Of a stretch of DNA of 64,000 bases, positions 21,979 to 37,144 are shown one piece after another (the first letter of the stretch is position 1; every line of letters starts with the position of its first letter). The position numbers and the translations under genes were made by a program. Origin of the DNA: Schmidtea polychroa (Eukaryota); NCBI GenBank assembly GCA_044892525.1, contig CM097885.1, forward strand, positions 35,714,001 through 35,778,000. The letters are read 5' to 3'. Under the pieces are notes generated by a model. The model had not been told where the DNA came from. It was given only the letters and a program-made list of their open reading frames with translations, and made no database searches.

Positions 21979-23825
21979 CACCTAAATCCAAAATATAAAA
22001 GTTTCTATAATCTAAAAAAATAATCGATAAAATTATACTATAGCAACACACAAACTTACCTGTGTGCAAAAATTTAATGTTCCGAAAGTTAAAAGTTTTA
22101 TTTTAGGAATTGAGAAAGTGACAGAAAAATAATTTTACATACAAACACAGCACACATAATATATAAAATACACGCAAATTTAATATAGCTTTTTTTAATT
22201 TAACTTTATTACACCTAATCGCGAAAGTTAACATTGTCTATAATATACGTTGGTGTGCACACCACCTGAGGTGAGTCACCAATTATATGACAATGTTAAC
22301 TTAATTTCATTTTTTCAATTTTTCAAAAATCGTTTTAATTGAAGTAATTTTTAGGACTTGAATTTTGATTTTATATAATTATGAGATCATTATTCAAGTT
22401 CTTAAATATTACTGTTAGCAGTGGCGTACCGTGAGGTTCTTGCGCCTGGGGGCAACTGAGAAATTAGCGCCCCTTTATATATATATTTAATTTAATTTTT
22501 TTAAAGAATATTAATGACGAATAACGAAATTGGTTTAACAGATTTTAATAAGCGTATAAAAAATATTTATTGACTTAGACAAAATACAGTTTAACATTAA
22601 ATATTAATTCTTCTCGCTTTTGTCGTGGCAAAAATATCTATAATCTCATTAAAATCAATTTTTTCAAACATTTCTCTTTCTATGCTAAGAAGAGCTAAAT
22701 CGTTCAGCCGTGTTTGAGTCATAGCTGCTCTTAAATACGATAAAATTAATTTTAATTTACTGAAAGATCTTTCGCAACTGGCAATTGATACAGAAATTGT
22801 AAGAAGTATTTAAAATAATAAAGTTTTTGTGTTTTTATTTATACACTACACGTATAACTAAATATACACGTAGAAGTAAATATTGCAAATAACTGAATGC
22901 ACGCACATCTATTCTAAGAAACTAATGAAGTAATAAAAAATATATTAATCTCTTAGATCTTAAGAATAATTTATTACTTAATTTTTGTTCCAAATTGGCT
23001 TCCCTAATTTTGGCGCCCGGGGACAAATGTCCCCCCTGCCCCCCCCCCAGTTACGCCACTGACTGTTAGTCAGCATTTATAATATTGATAATATATAACA
23101 TTGATAATTAAATTTCAGGTGTTTTTTTAGGAATTTTATGGTATTTTATTTGGATTTATTTGGATTTATTTCGTAAAAATGTAAGTTAGATATTTTTATA
23201 ATTATAAATAAGTAAAGTAATCACCATACATTTATTTTTTAAAGACATTTAGTAAAGAATGGATAAAATATTTTTTAAATTTATGTAATCTGCTTTAGAA
23301 TTTTGTCTATTTCTGTAATTCTATGAAAATATTAATTTGTTAAAATAATTTATTAAAATTTACGATTTGCGATTTTTTTCCTGCAAATTCAAAGATGTCG
23401 AAGGATCTTCTTCAATATCTGTAAATCTAAAGAAATTTTATATCCTAAATTATTTTATAATTAAATCTTACGATGTATTTACTTTTTTTTCACTAAAGCT
23501 CAAGGTAGAGCAGTCAGAATCTGATTCAAAAGTTTTTTTGTACATAACTTTTTAAATAATTTGAAAATATTGATATGTTAATTATATGTTAATCAATGTA
23601 TATATCGCATGAAAAACACTTTACTTAATTTTGTATGTATTTTTCATTATGTGTGCTGTGCTTGTATGCTTAATTATTTTCTCTCACTTTTTAGATTCCT
23701 ATAATAAATATGTTAAATTTCGCAGCATTAAATTTCTACACACAGGTAAGTTTGTGTGTTCCTATAATATATATTTATTGATTTTTTTTTAGATTATAGA
23801 TAATGTTATATTTCGCAGTTAGGTG
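21979..23825. mobile_element. Non-autonomous Tc1-like element with ~200-bp diverged inverted repeats
   Basis: TA-CACCTAA...TTAGGTG-TA termini. 21979-22180 matches the reverse complement of 23627-23825 (shared ACACACAAACTTACCTGTGTG). An inner repeat of the terminal motif lies at ~22210. Confidence 0.65.
22419..23061 (-). mobile_element. hAT (Tip100-like) deletion derivative
   Basis: CAGTGGCGTA..TACGCCACTG TIRs and 8-bp TSD ACTGTTAG. Minus strand encodes the dimerisation domain SIASCERSFSKLKLILSYLR...LALLSIE. Confidence 0.92.
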
Positions 23826-24249
23826 TAGTGTATAATAAATGTCATAGAAAGATTTTCGAAAAGTATTTTCTTTTACTATACCGCCTGCGTTTGAGTAGCA
23901 TGGAGTGCATAAATCACCACGCATAACAAAATAACCATTAATCAACTAAATTATAAAAGAAGTTAAGCGTTGAGAAAACACAATATATACAATCGTCGAA
24001 TTAATCATGAGTTTTTTTTTCGTTGCCATATGTTATATTTGTACAAATTTGTGTATGACACATTTTTGTAATTTTTATCGACTCTGCACCAAGGGTGTAA
24101 TTTTTAACAAAAAATTGAAATGTATTGTACCAATATGATTTTGCGATGAGTATTTGTGTAAAATTCCTTAAAATGGCAATCATTTCTCTATATTCTAAAA
24201 AGGCCACTCTCCATAACGAATTTAAAATATAAATGATAAATAAAGACAA

Positions 24250-25200
24250 AAACGACAATAAATACTAATATTTATTTTTAAATACATCAACGACACCTAA
24301 TATTTGATAATAGAAACCTTAAATTTAATGTTCTTTCCAACTTACATAAGTCCTTCAAATCCTGTAACACATTGATTTCCCTCTTGGCACATATGTTGGA
24401 TCGAGGTTTGTCTATTGGTGACGGTGCCTGACTCCAAAGGTTTATAACTGAATTTTTTGCTTTATTGTACTTCTTACAAATACCAATCAGCATTTCATTT
24501 CTGGTCTCTGAACTAAAAGAAACTCCACTTTACGACGAATTCACACGCATCGACCATTCTTTAGTCAAGTCTTGTGTCCGGGGAGAGCAAAAAAGTCAAA
24601 AGTAGGTAAATGATTAGGGAATTCCATCTTGCATTCGAGAGGTTAGGAAGTCTAACAAGTAGGTTGACGTTAGGTAAATGATCATTTTCTTTGAAGTACT
24701 TATAAACTTCAATAAGGTGGTGAAGTAATTGCATGTCATCTCTCCATCCTTTAATTTGAACACACAGTGAAACACTGTCGTTTACAAATGTACCTTTTAA
24801 TTCATTGTAAAAAGTTTGAATCTTTTTTTACAAAGAAATAATTAATATCTGGTGATCCAATCTGGTGATACAATCAAATATATCATTTAGCGCATATTTC
24901 AAGACGGTATCAAGTATGTATTATTGGCATCCAATAAACACGAGTTCTTTTAACCCTGCAGAATTGGCAGCTCTCTGATGTTTGACAATGACACCTGTCT
25001 TCTTACCAGTGTTGACAGCAGTTGTGTCTGCTACAATCATTTTAATTGAACGCAATAGATTAAACTCATTAATAATATTTATAATTGAGTCAAAGATTGG
25101 CTCAGTTTGTCAACTTGATAAAATAAGGACAACTATACGGACTTCTCGGTCTTTATTTTTTATCAATATCACCTGATGCTCAACTCTATTCCCATCAACC
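24250..25200 (-). pseudogene. Degenerate hAT (hATm-like) transposase
   Basis: IKMIVADTTAVNTGKKTGVIV...FIGCQ*YILD; WRDDMQ; LPNLSNARWNS. Confidence 0.75.
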
Positions 25201-25449
25201 TAAAAAAATGTGTATGTGTTTTTGGTATATTACTGATTTATAGTCTTCAAGCTCTTTTTAATAAATTCAATGGAAAAAAGTTCTTGTAATAAATAATATC
25301 CCTTTGCCTTTATTTATATTAAATGATAAAATAATCTTAAATTTAATGATTATTGATTTAATATTTATATAAAAAGTAATTACTAAATTTATAAATTATT
25401 ATTAAAAAATTTTAGATTTCTTAAATAAAAAATAATAAAATTTAAAATA

Positions 25450-25988
25450 TAGTAATGATTCAGAGTTGAATGAAAAAAGTCTTACAGAATTTTGGATAAG
25501 GCGACAGCGAGAACATCCGTCCATCGCAAAAGAAGCATTGCTAAATTTAATAACTTTTGCTACAAACGTATCTTTGCGAAACTGCTTTTTCTTCATTGCT
25601 AATAATTAAGAATAAACATAGATCGTGCTTTTCATCGACCGCTTTGGTGCTAAACCTTCGAATTAGTATTTCTGAAATTTCACCGGATATTGATTATTTA
25701 TGTAAAAATATGCAATCACATCTCTCTCATTAAGTAATTATTTTAGTGAGAAATTATATATATTTTTTATTTTATATAATATTATTATTGTATTAATTTT
25801 GCAACTGATGTGGTTTTTTCAAAACTTGATTTGAAAGAATTTTATTTTTTGAAGTAATATAGATATTAAAAATATTGCATAAAAAGTAATGATAAATGGT
25901 GTTTTATTAGTGTTATTTTTTGGGGAAGATTGAATTCTTTTTTTCAGCTTTAGGGAACCACAATATAAAAAAGTTTGAGAAGCACTGC
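25450..25988 (+). mobile_element. 3' fragment of a hAT (Charlie/Buster-type) element
   Basis: SLTEFWIRRQREHPSIAKEALL..YLCETAFS..IKNKHRS..QSHLSH*; terminus GTTTGAGAAGCACTG. Confidence 0.8.
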
Positions 25989-26599
25989 CTTAGAATACTT
26001 TAAACATTATATCCGATTTGACTAGTACTTTTAGAATATTTAAAACACCCATGTGGTTTTACTACACTGTTGACTTTGACGCACAAGGAGGCAATCAGTG
26101 TTTCCAAATAAGATTGTTGGCCATGTAAAACTATTGTCCACCATAATCAAGATATTCAGTGATACAATACGCCTTATTAGAAGAACTATGTTTATATATA
26201 TGTATATATGTACTGAGTACGAACTCTAGGTTTACCCTCTGAATGTAAAGAACATTAAGTGCTTCAATAGCATATTAGCCTTTTATTATTATCATCTGTA
26301 ATGTATCTGTAGAGGTCTATTTTCTTCTCAGAGATTTCTTTAGTGTGTCTATTGTGGATTGCTATTCATTTACTAAGTTAGAAAACTCAACTGACTGATA
26401 GTTACCAAAGAAAACTATTTATACACAAATTTAAAGGCTTATTCGCTTACTTTTCATTCTTCCATCATACTTCATATTCAATATATCAAATGATTTATTT
26501 TTCATTTTAATTGAATATTTCAGATATTTCAGGATATTCATGATTAATGCTCACTAGGACAACAACCAGAAGAAAGAAGAAAAGATAAGTAGGGATGAC

Positions 26600-26720
26600 A
26601 CTATGGTCTTTGCATGACAATGCACATGTCCAGAAAGAAATCAAGTAGAATTGAGCAATCTAGCTTGACACATCTTTAGCACTATTCTTACAGTCTTGAT
26701 CTCGCACCCAGGTCTTCGTT
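26600..26720 (+). pseudogene. Mariner transposase remnant
   Basis: LHDNAH and YSLDLAP motifs, separated by a frameshift and stops. Confidence 0.5.
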
Positions 26721-28403
26721 CAACATTTAAAGAATCATTTGAGAGAAAAATTATTGACAATGCTAGCAGAAATATATTGGGCGACATGGGTCATCCATAG
26801 AAAAGCGAGACCATTATTGGTCAAAACCATTATTAAGCAAAACCAAAGTTCTACTGTATTTTTCCCACCTTCGGCAAAAGACTTATTGAAAGCACCTCGA
26901 AATTTGTCCTCAAATTGCAAAATCAGAAAGGTATAGACAAATCAATATTAGTGAAGGTGGTGGTTGATATCCAAGGTTATTAGAGTGGCATACAGAAGGT
27001 GATGTAGTGTGATTTTAACTGATTAGGTTTTGGACTAGATAAATCCCATTTTAGCAAAGTATGACATTACAAAACACAAAATTTCTTGATTAAAAAATTG
27101 CGTACCCAACGGAGATAATATTACATAATATTAAATGACTTCCATTAAATGAATACCAAACTTAAAACAGATATAAAAAACTATTTCAAAGGTCAGCCGT
27201 TCTAAAGGTAAAAAGTTAGATGTATCCCCTGTGTTCCTGTTGATTAATCTTCAAGGGAATTTTAATGTATTTGAAAGATTTGCTACAATATTTCATGAAA
27301 TGCATATCTTTATAATTTGTGTTGAAATTCATTAAATTCTTAGATTTGTGTTCACTAGATTGAACTTGTCCATTGAGATTCGGACCAATTTACCGACCGC
27401 TTCTCACTCTCTTTCTCAGTGAATTCCGATTGATATTATTTCCGTTCAACGAGTCAATGATTGAATCGTTAAAAGAATGTTTCATATCACACTTTATCGA
27501 TTTTATCTTTTCTGTATTCACTAAAGTTTCTGCTATATGTATTGGTATCAAAATTGGTTCATTTTTGTTAAGTCCACTTTCTTTGTAATGAAAGGGGATA
27601 TTTGAAATGTGTATTATTTTCCAAGATATTTTTGAATCGATATCAGAATTCAGAAGAACATCTTGATTGAAATCAACAATATTCAAAGACTTTGCTTTAT
27701 CCATAATTCTGTATCCTACAATAAACTGTATTGGCAAATATTATAATTCCCACGACATAATTTTTGAGATTCAACAATTCACGTGATCAAACACAGTCCT
27801 ACAATTCCAAAAAATAAAACGAGTTACAAAATTCTGAACGAAATCACACAACGACATGATCAGAATCAAAATGTAAAAGAGCACAGACACATGCTCAGCC
27901 AATCCCACTTGGCTCCACCACACAAACACAATCGGCTGTAGCACCTTGATATCAACCAAAATCTTACAATTGAACAGTATCATTTATTCAGATCACAATT
28001 TGATAACGATTCAATATAAGTATTTTGACCCGGAAAAAGGAAGTTTGACCCGGAAAAACGAAGATTGACCGCAGCTAAGGGATAATTTTCTCAAGTTATT
28101 CAAAATTTACAAAATGGCCTGTTGTTAATTGCTTTACATGATGATGGAGTTGTTTAGGTATATATTTAGTAAACAACATCAAGAAATTCAAGGTCTTCTG
28201 AACATGTTAATCATTAATTTTGTATTTTAAATGTTGCTGATTATATAATTTTTATTTTATAGTAAATCTTTACTTATATTTTCTTGGGTTTGTAAATTTG
28301 GTGCAAAATAATTTAAAATTAATAAAATTAAAAGTAAATAGTTTTTGGATGAAAATATATCGGCAAAATGCAAATGAAAAATGGATAAGAGGCTCCCCTA
28401 GAC

Positions 28404-29073
28404 CAGCTATGTTCAACCTGCGGCCCGTGGGCCGCTAGCGGCCCATTCAATAATTTTGTGCGGCCCGTTTTGTATAAATATTTATTGTAATGAAATATCA
28501 AATATAAACTTTTATTGTAGTAAAATATCACATGTGCGTTCAAAATTTTTTTTAATGTGTATTTATTTATTTTTTTATACAAAAAAAACGGTTACTTTTA
28601 AGATTTTTTTTTTAGTTTTTGCAAATGGAGTAAATAGATCTCCAGTCATCTTCTGAATTAAAATATATGTTTGAAGCCAATGATAAAGTTCAGTTTTATA
28701 AAAAATACATATGCAATGATAAATTTCCTAATCTAAGAAAACTAGCGATAAGCGTTACAGCTGCAATGGGGATCACGTATCTTTGCGAATCTTTTTTTTC
28801 GAAATTAAAGATTGTTAAATGTAAAAGTCGTAATAGATTAACTGATGAAAATTTAAAAAACCAATTACGATGTGCAACTTCCAAAATACCTGTGGACATA
28901 AAAAATTTATCTGAAAAAATTGAAAAACAAGTTTCACATTAAGTAATATGTATGTATATGTAAAACATAATTTAGTTTGTAAAAATTTTTTATAATAAAT
29001 AAATACGTGCGGCCCACATTATATTTTTATTTTTTATTTTGGCCCAGTAGCCAATTTCGGTTGGACACCACTG
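28404..29073 (+). mobile_element. hAT (SPIN/GTF2IRD2-like) internal-deletion derivative
   Basis: CAGCTATGTTCAACC..GGTTGGACACCACTG termini and 8-bp TSD CCCTAGAC. Encodes FPNLRKLA..TYLCESFFSKLKIVK..RNRLTDENL. Near-identical to parts of 39168-40403. Confidence 0.92.
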
Positions 29074-29644
29074 CCCTAGACAATGTTATTTAAAAATACA
29101 AAACAATTAATTATTTAATTAAAATACAAGTATCAATTTAATTATTATACAAAATTCTCTAGCTTGAATGGCATGAGGCGGGAATAAAATAATTTAAATT
29201 TTTTGGGGTCTTCAGCTTTTAGGAGCTTGGTAACTAAATTTAGAAAATTAATTATGAAGGACTAGCCCTATAGTGGTCGAATAAATTTAGCTGATAAGAA
29301 ACAACTCAATAGTGTAGAAAAGAGCAACTGACAAAGTCAAAGAAAATGTATTCAGAGAAATAGTATTAAAATCAAATCAGATTCGTTGAAATGAGGTGGT
29401 TTCTCGTGGGTTAGGGTTATTCAGGGGTCATACTAAGAATCAAACGTTGCATTCAGTTTTGAGGATTGAACTGTTTCGATTAGTGTAATAAAAATTAAAC
29501 CTATTATGTTAGGTTTGTCATTTCAATGAGGGCACGAGAAATGAAATTAAAATACATTTCCTACCGAAGAAACAATAATAACTCAATTATTTTATATAAT
29601 TATGTTATTATTTTCATTTTCACCATCCATTGAAACTTTTTGTT

Positions 29645-29660
29645 TCTTCTTCTTCTTCTT

Positions 29661-29691
<31 letters not shown>

Positions 29692-29743
29692 TTATTATTA
29701 TTATTATTATTATGATTATTATTATTATTATTATTATTATTAT
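29645..29743 (+). repeat. (TTC)n followed by (ATT)n microsatellite
   Basis: Read directly from the sequence. Confidence 0.95.
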
Positions 29744-30913
29744 TTTATTAATTAAAATTATTATTTAACAACACATCAACTTAAATAATTGTGAAAAGAA
29801 ATAACAATTCTAGCAATAGAATTATTTTAAGATTTTTTTGAAATAAATTGAAGAAAATTCTGCAAATCTAGATATTGATTGGATTCAGATGGGGGTAGAG
29901 GAAATTTATCCTATGTAAATGGTGTAAGCAGTTGCAATTAATAATGAAAAAGTCTCAGGTGGAATTATGCTCTCTGCTGATGATGAATTGTTCCCGCAGA
30001 GACTCGGAGAACAATTATCAGCCAATTCAGCTCCCTGAGTGATAAAATGTGACTTATTACCTTTATTACGTGTTGTCGAGGAGCAATTACAGAAAGATGA
30101 TTATTACCACATCTCCTGATTTGTGCTTTCATCTTTATTAGGTAATTGAAATAATACTTTTCCCCATTATTGTTGCTTTTTTGATATTCTGGATTGATAG
30201 GAAAAATCGATTTCATAATTCTCAGAGAGGAATTTTATCTACAATTTTTAGACAAATGCCATTGCAATTTGTTTGCTCTCAACGGCAATATTTTCATGGA
30301 TATATTCTTGGAAATTCTTAAATAAAATTCAATTAATTTTAAAAATTTAATAACATATTGTAATATACGATGTTAAACATGTAATTAACCTTGACATCAC
30401 ATGTTGACATATTTATAATATTTATTACGGACGTGATGTAATCATGTTGAAATATCCTCGCATATTTATTAATTAATTTTATTAGAAAAAATAAGTTGTT
30501 GATTTATACTTTATTTTCTACACATCCTTAAAAAATAGTTTGTAAATAATTAATGAAAATAATTCATAATAATAATATTAATTAATATTACGTAATAATT
30601 ACCATTTCTACTAAATTTCTTCTAGTTACCAAGATTTATATTGTATTATATTTAACTATGAATTTAATTACACTTTAAGTACTAAGATATTTTTTTAATA
30701 AATAATACAAGTACATGTTGACGGAGGTCTTTAAATGAATCCTCTTCTAACAAGCATGAAAATGCATAATCTTAACAAGTTTTTCGTAAGCAATTTATTT
30801 ATTAGAAAAAAATTAATATTTTACGAAACAGCTTAAAAGTCTTCGGCTATTGGCATATTTACATGACAAAGATTATCCCTAGATTATTCAAAGGGTATTG
30901 CTGCCGTAATAAG

Positions 30914-30915
<2 letters not shown>

Positions 30916-31000
<85 letters not shown>
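30916..31000 (+). repeat. (AAT)n microsatellite
   Basis: Read directly from the sequence. Confidence 0.95.
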
Positions 31001-31478
31001 TTTAATTAAAATTCAAAAATTCCAGAAAAAATTGTACCAGAAAAATGATTGTAAAATTTCCCAATGATGCATAGACAACATTTGTTTGATCTATTCTCAT
31101 TGGTTGAAATATTATGTAAATATTATTTATTTATTTGGCATTTTATAAAGAAATTTTATTCGAAATGAGTTGGTTCTCATGTCGGTTAAACTAATGCGAG
31201 TTATTTATTATGTTGGGATACTTGGAATATGTTTTAATAAAACATTTACAGGCGAGTCTTAATCAGAATTGAATTAAGGCACGCGGTAAGTGGGTTGTTG
31301 AAATTCCTATCATCTTTTTTTACATTTTGAAAATCTATTTGGCTATTTAAGTACATAGAGTAAGTAAATTGAATTTTATAAAATTTATGGTCACATTATA
31401 ATTAACTTTTTATAATTTTTTTAATTACACAAATAAACATGATGTAACTTATAACTTTTATAATTATTATCATTATTA

Positions 31479-31519
<41 letters not shown>

Positions 31520-32098
31520 TGAAAACGCCAATTGAACATCACTTATACTATATATTTCGAGATATTCATTGTCATCATCAGGTAGAAAGGAAAATAATCA
31601 TTATTTACATCATTCAAAGATAAACAAATTATTGATAGTTTTTTATTCATAGAATACGTTCTTTTCTTCTTTGATTTCAAGATCCGTCTTTTATATTGTT
31701 ATGTAAATATTTTATTAAAGTCGGTTTTCTCTGACTCCTCGTGTCCTTTTCTAAAAAAATAACTAAAACCCAACACAGGACAACTTTATTCAAATTTTAC
31801 CCCAATTACAATTATTATGCTTCCGTTTTATTTTGCGCCTTTAAAAATTACTCCAACAGGATATTGGAAAAGTGGAAGTATTATTTTTAAATAGATTATA
31901 ACATAAACGGAAACATGAAACTAAAATAAATATTTGAAAACGTCAATCGAAAATTACTTAAACTATTATTTAGTTTTTTTCGTTTCTACCTGATGATGAC
32001 AATGAATCTATCGAAATATTATAGATTAAATGATGTTCGATTGACATTTTTAAATATTTATATAAGCGCCATATTTAGCTTATGTTATAAATTATTTA

Positions 32099-32215
<117 letters not shown>

Positions 32216-33090
32216 TGTATATATTGTTGTTATTTTTGTTGCTATTTCTTTTGGAAAATTATGTGTTAATTATGATATTAAAGTGAAAATTGTATATTAA
32301 TTCTATTTATATACTTAAATTTTTATAAGAATTGATGTTTCGATAAACTTTTCAATTAATTTAGAAATTTTTTTACTGATAACCAAACCTTGTTGCTTTA
32401 TCGGATATTATTTGCCCGAAGGGAAATTCATAACCTCAGGGTTTCACATTTTCATTTTCTCCAGATTTCAACAGTGATATAGTGTTACGAAACTAATTTT
32501 TATCCCTTGTTATGACATGATTTTTTTCACTAATTGTAAATGTGTTAAATAATTTCAATTTTTTTTCATAATGTTCTATTTCATTAAACAAAAGACCAAT
32601 TTAATGAAAATAATTATCAAACTAATTATGAGGTTGTTGGATTTTTGTAATAAAATTCCACAGTGATTCGCTTCGTCTGTAGACAATAATTTCAAAATTT
32701 CCGATGAAGAAATTATTTTCATTGAAAAATATTTAATAAAATTAATAATAATATTCTATCTTCATAATTGTAACTTAAAATTTCAGGTTTAATATAATTT
32801 TAGTTTCAAATATTTCATTTGGATAAATATTTATTGAACAAATTGCGTATTATTTTTTCATATACGTACCCATTAAAAGTTTGTTTACCAACTCCTACCT
32901 CATAAAACCTCATAATAAAAACGACTATTATCATATATAATATTTTAATTTGACCATTTATATTTTTTTCTAAACGCGTACATTATAAAAATGAACTTTA
33001 ATTTTTACCAAATAAACAAAAAAAGTTATTTTATTTCAATAAAATACTGATTCAAATCACATTTCAAGTACATATAATATTTTATATTAT

Positions 33091-34650
33091 TTATTTTTTG
33101 TATTTTTCAACGGGATGAATTTTTTTCAAGATTGTTTCATCTTTTTCTAATATATCGGTAAATTCAGTAGAGTTTACATTTCGTAAATTAAATTTGACTT
33201 TTAATATTGCAGACAATGCATTCACAGATAATCGCGATTTATCGTCAGTCCAAATGTCATTGGCAATTGAAAACCCTCTCCACTGAACTATTTGTACCTG
33301 GCAAACAAAAAGCTGCTTCAACCATTTTTAAAATATTTAGGAATGGAATATGGTATTTTGTAAAGTGAGAAAAAATTTCAACCCAACGTTTGTCTGGTTC
33401 GATTGCATTTAAGTGCCATTCTACAAACTTTTCTTCTGTACAAATTGTACTACAATACAAATTCACTCTATGAACTTCATCAAATAAATCATTGTCGCCG
33501 ATTTCAAATTGAACTAATTTTTTCAAATAAGAAATTGTGACAGTAAATTGTTCCCATTATACATTTTCATAAAGTAATGACCATGCGAATATATACACTT
33601 TAAAATGTTGAGTCCATTCTTCTAAGAATTCCGAACAAATACGATAAAAACTGTCAACTTCCTTCATAAACCTTTTCTTAATATCATTATTTGACTTTTC
33701 AGCGTTTTTTAATAGTTGGGTAACCATAAAAGGAAGAAACTGTTTGTCTTTTCTGGTTTCAATTTGTTCTTTTAAATCTTTTAAAATTATAGCAACTTCA
33801 GCAGCAGAAATATCGTCCTTTTCAATTTTTTTAACAGTGTTGTGAAAAACTGTAGCTTGACTGTGGATAAATAACAATAACATTTCACTAATTTCATCAT
33901 TGAAAAACAAATTTAAGACTTTGGACATTTGTCAATGCTGAGAAAGTATGATTTTAATGGTTGATACAATTTCAAAACTCTTTCAATTGCTGGAAGTAAA
34001 GCTAACCAACGTACTTTTGAAAATCCTAATAGTTTTCGATATTCAACGCCAGCTTCTTCACAGTAATTTTCTAATGAAGCCACTCTTACAGTAAAACGAT
34101 GAAAAAACAGATAAATTTCAGGAATGATGATTTCGACATCAATTGACAACCTTGATGAGGCAGTATTAATTGCATTAGATAAAATGTATACGTTGCAGCC
34201 GACTCCAATAATGTTTCACTGAAATTTATTAATTAATTTTTTGTGGACATTGTTTATTCTTCGTCGCTTCAATCCACCGAAATTTCAGTTTGTGTTGTCT
34301 GCAGAAAAAGCCAATATTTTGTTAGACATTTTTTTATCATTAACACATTTAAAAATGTGTTCGGACAAGTACTCTGACGTTGCACTTGTAATTGATTCCA
34401 TATTTAATAATTGAACTTTGACTCCTCCTTTGATATCAAAATATCTAACCAGAATTGGGTACAATTTGATTTCATGATGATTTGATGCATTGGAAAACAA
34501 GGTAACATATGAGGCTTTTGACAGATCATTTTCCAAATTATCATCGCAGTAGTTTTTTAAAACATTAATAACAATTGCTTCACATATTTAGTTCTAGCAC
34601 AACTAAATGTTTGGCTGTAAAACATTTTGATTAATTTTGAGGTGCAATTA
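33091..34650 (-). pseudogene. Degenerate hAT (Blackjack-like) transposase
   Basis: YPILVRYF, FSADNTN, VRWLALLPAIERVL, LPGTNSSVERVF, WTDDKSRLS, across frameshifts. Confidence 0.85.
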
Positions 34651-36737
34651 GTACTGATATAATATATTTAATAAACAAATTACAAAAATTAAATTTAAAT
34701 AATCAATTAATTTTCAATTTAGACTATTTTGAATAAATATATTTAAAAATTTCTAAAATATTTTATTATAATTTTATTTTAATGTAATTTTAACAAACAA
34801 TCTATAGGTTAAAAAATTTTTTAAAACAGAAATTCAAAATTATTTAACTTAATAATTTAATACATTTAAAAACTACACATCTTCGCATATTCAACAATTT
34901 ACCACCCAAGTCACATGTGTTCACATCATTTTAATATTTTTCGGGGGAAACAGATATGAACAAATATATAATTGATCGGGCATCCCTAGACAAATTTTTT
35001 TAAAAAATACAAACTAATTAATGATTCAATTAATTACGGAAAGCAAATTAATTTATTTAAAAACAAAATCATAGAACTTGAAAGGCGAAATATCAGCCTG
35101 TCAAGCTACAACCAAAATAATTAAATTTAGAATAATTTTTCCTCTCGTCCTAAGCAATTAATTTAATTTGAAATCAACTAACGAAGGAGACTAATAACTA
35201 AAAAGTTATCCGAATCACCATAATGACTGAAGAAAAAAATTGAATGAAAATTAAACAGAAGTGAAAGAGTTTTGAAAGAGTCTAGGGAAATTTCAAGTAA
35301 AGGTTAATTAGATTCGTTGTTCTGCTTGAAGGGGTTTCCTCTAGGGCCACCTGGCATTACTATCGGTGCAAATTTGAACGATTGTGATTTGTAATAATAA
35401 TAAAAAGTTGTTGTGTTTAGTTCTTATTCTAAAACAAAACACGTGGAATTAGAATAATAACTTTTACCTTCCGAACAATAATTACAACTCAACAGTATTA
35501 TTTATTAATACAGATATAAATCTAAAGCAAGTATTTCCAAACTTTATCGAAGGTGGGCCATATTTTTATTAATAAACACCTCGCGGGCCAAATGGTGAAT
35601 ATATTTAACGAAAATGTAAAATAACAACACACGTTGTAATTGAATAAATATTGCTATATACATATATTAAAGGTTTACAATAAATATAATAATCTTATAA
35701 ATTATAAGTTATTAATTATAAGTTATAATGTAAACAAATCTTTCTTTAATTTTTTTAAAATTAACTAACTAAAATAATAATTATAATACAATATACAATA
35801 TTTATAAGTAAAAAAATAAAAAAAAACAAGTAAAAATGAGAACATGTTTTTAATTTTTAATGGAACAAGATTCTTGGTGAATTGATTTAAAAATGCTGAT
35901 TTCTTGGTTGCAGCATAAATTAAATGTTAAACAAATAAATGATAAGATAAGCTTTTGCTGCGAATATATATTAACTGAGAAATTTTTCGATTGTAAGATT
36001 ATTCTTTTCAATATTTTAGGCTTATTTTGTCAAATACTTGTTTAAAGAAATTACTCATAGCATTCTTATATTGTTGTTTATTCGACTTAACAGCTGAATT
36101 TCGAAAGCTGTTTGGTGGTAAATATAATATGTAAATATTAAAATAACTAACTTAAATAGGATAAAATCTGATAAATTTTCTTTTGCTCAGATAAAAATAT
36201 TTAATTGGATTTATTAAATAAGGTTGACTATGAATCAGTAAATATATCAAAAAAACACCGATATATTTATTGATTCATAGTCAAGCTTTTTTAATAAATA
36301 CAATGTCAATTGAAAAGAAATCAGTGTTGAAAATTGAAGAAATATTTAATGTTTATAATTTTTATAAAATAACTTTGATTTTACAACATTAATATTTGCA
36401 ATTTACCTGAGGCCTTCGCTACTCATTTCATTAAGAAGGCTTTTTTTCATTAACTATATTTTCAAATCATAATTATTGTATTGTCCTTTCAGTGTTTCTC
36501 TTCTTGTCCTACCCTTATTTTCTTCTATATAGGTCTTATTTGGAGAAGCTCTACGGAAAAATCATGTTTCGTTACAGATATCAATATTTTGAGGTGCGTA
36601 TTTATTTAATATTTCAAAAGTCTTTAAAATTGTAAATTTTAGATTCATCTAATAAACCATCGTCTCCAACAACAGCTTAACTGGTGATATTATTCAATTT
36701 TTTTTAATGAACTGATCTAAGATATATAGTAACTTAA

Positions 36738-37144
36738 CCCTTTATAGGACAAAATAATTATTTTGGAATTTGAATTTTAACTAATATAATTTAAAATACT
36801 TATTTTTTATTACAAAAATATAAACATTTCAAACAAGTATTAATTATATTTTTACAACACAAAACGCACAACGACACATTACACTGTTTAAATACATATA
36901 TAGTTCATTTTTGGATCTTTCACAGTGTTTTCACAATGATTAATTTAGTGACGCTGGCCTAAACGAGAGGATTTCTACGTAACAACGCAAACTTCACGCA
37001 GTTAGAAAAATAAATTAACCAAAGAACGTTCTCGAGAAAGTATTGACGTTTCAAAGTTTATCTTTATATGGCGGTATTAGAAATATAGACCTTAAAGCCA
37101 CTGGTTACTATATTAACCAATTTCAGCATTTGCCCTATAAAGGG
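36738..37144 (-). mobile_element. piggyBac deletion derivative
   Basis: TTAA-CCCTTTATAGGAC..GCCCTATAAAGGG-TTAA, with a Cys-rich tail remnant KQCNVSLCV on the minus strand. Confidence 0.85.

Noticed and set aside
27100..27983. Minus-strand ORFs 27390-27737 and 27771-27983
   Set aside because: Coding-like composition, but no recognisable motif or consistent splice model.
29940..30300. Possible LINE endonuclease remnant (LRIMKSIFP)
   Set aside because: A single weak motif is not enough to call.
35528..35592. Isolated hAT-like left end (CAAGTATTTCCAAACT..CGCGGGCC)
   Set aside because: No right end or TSD was identified.
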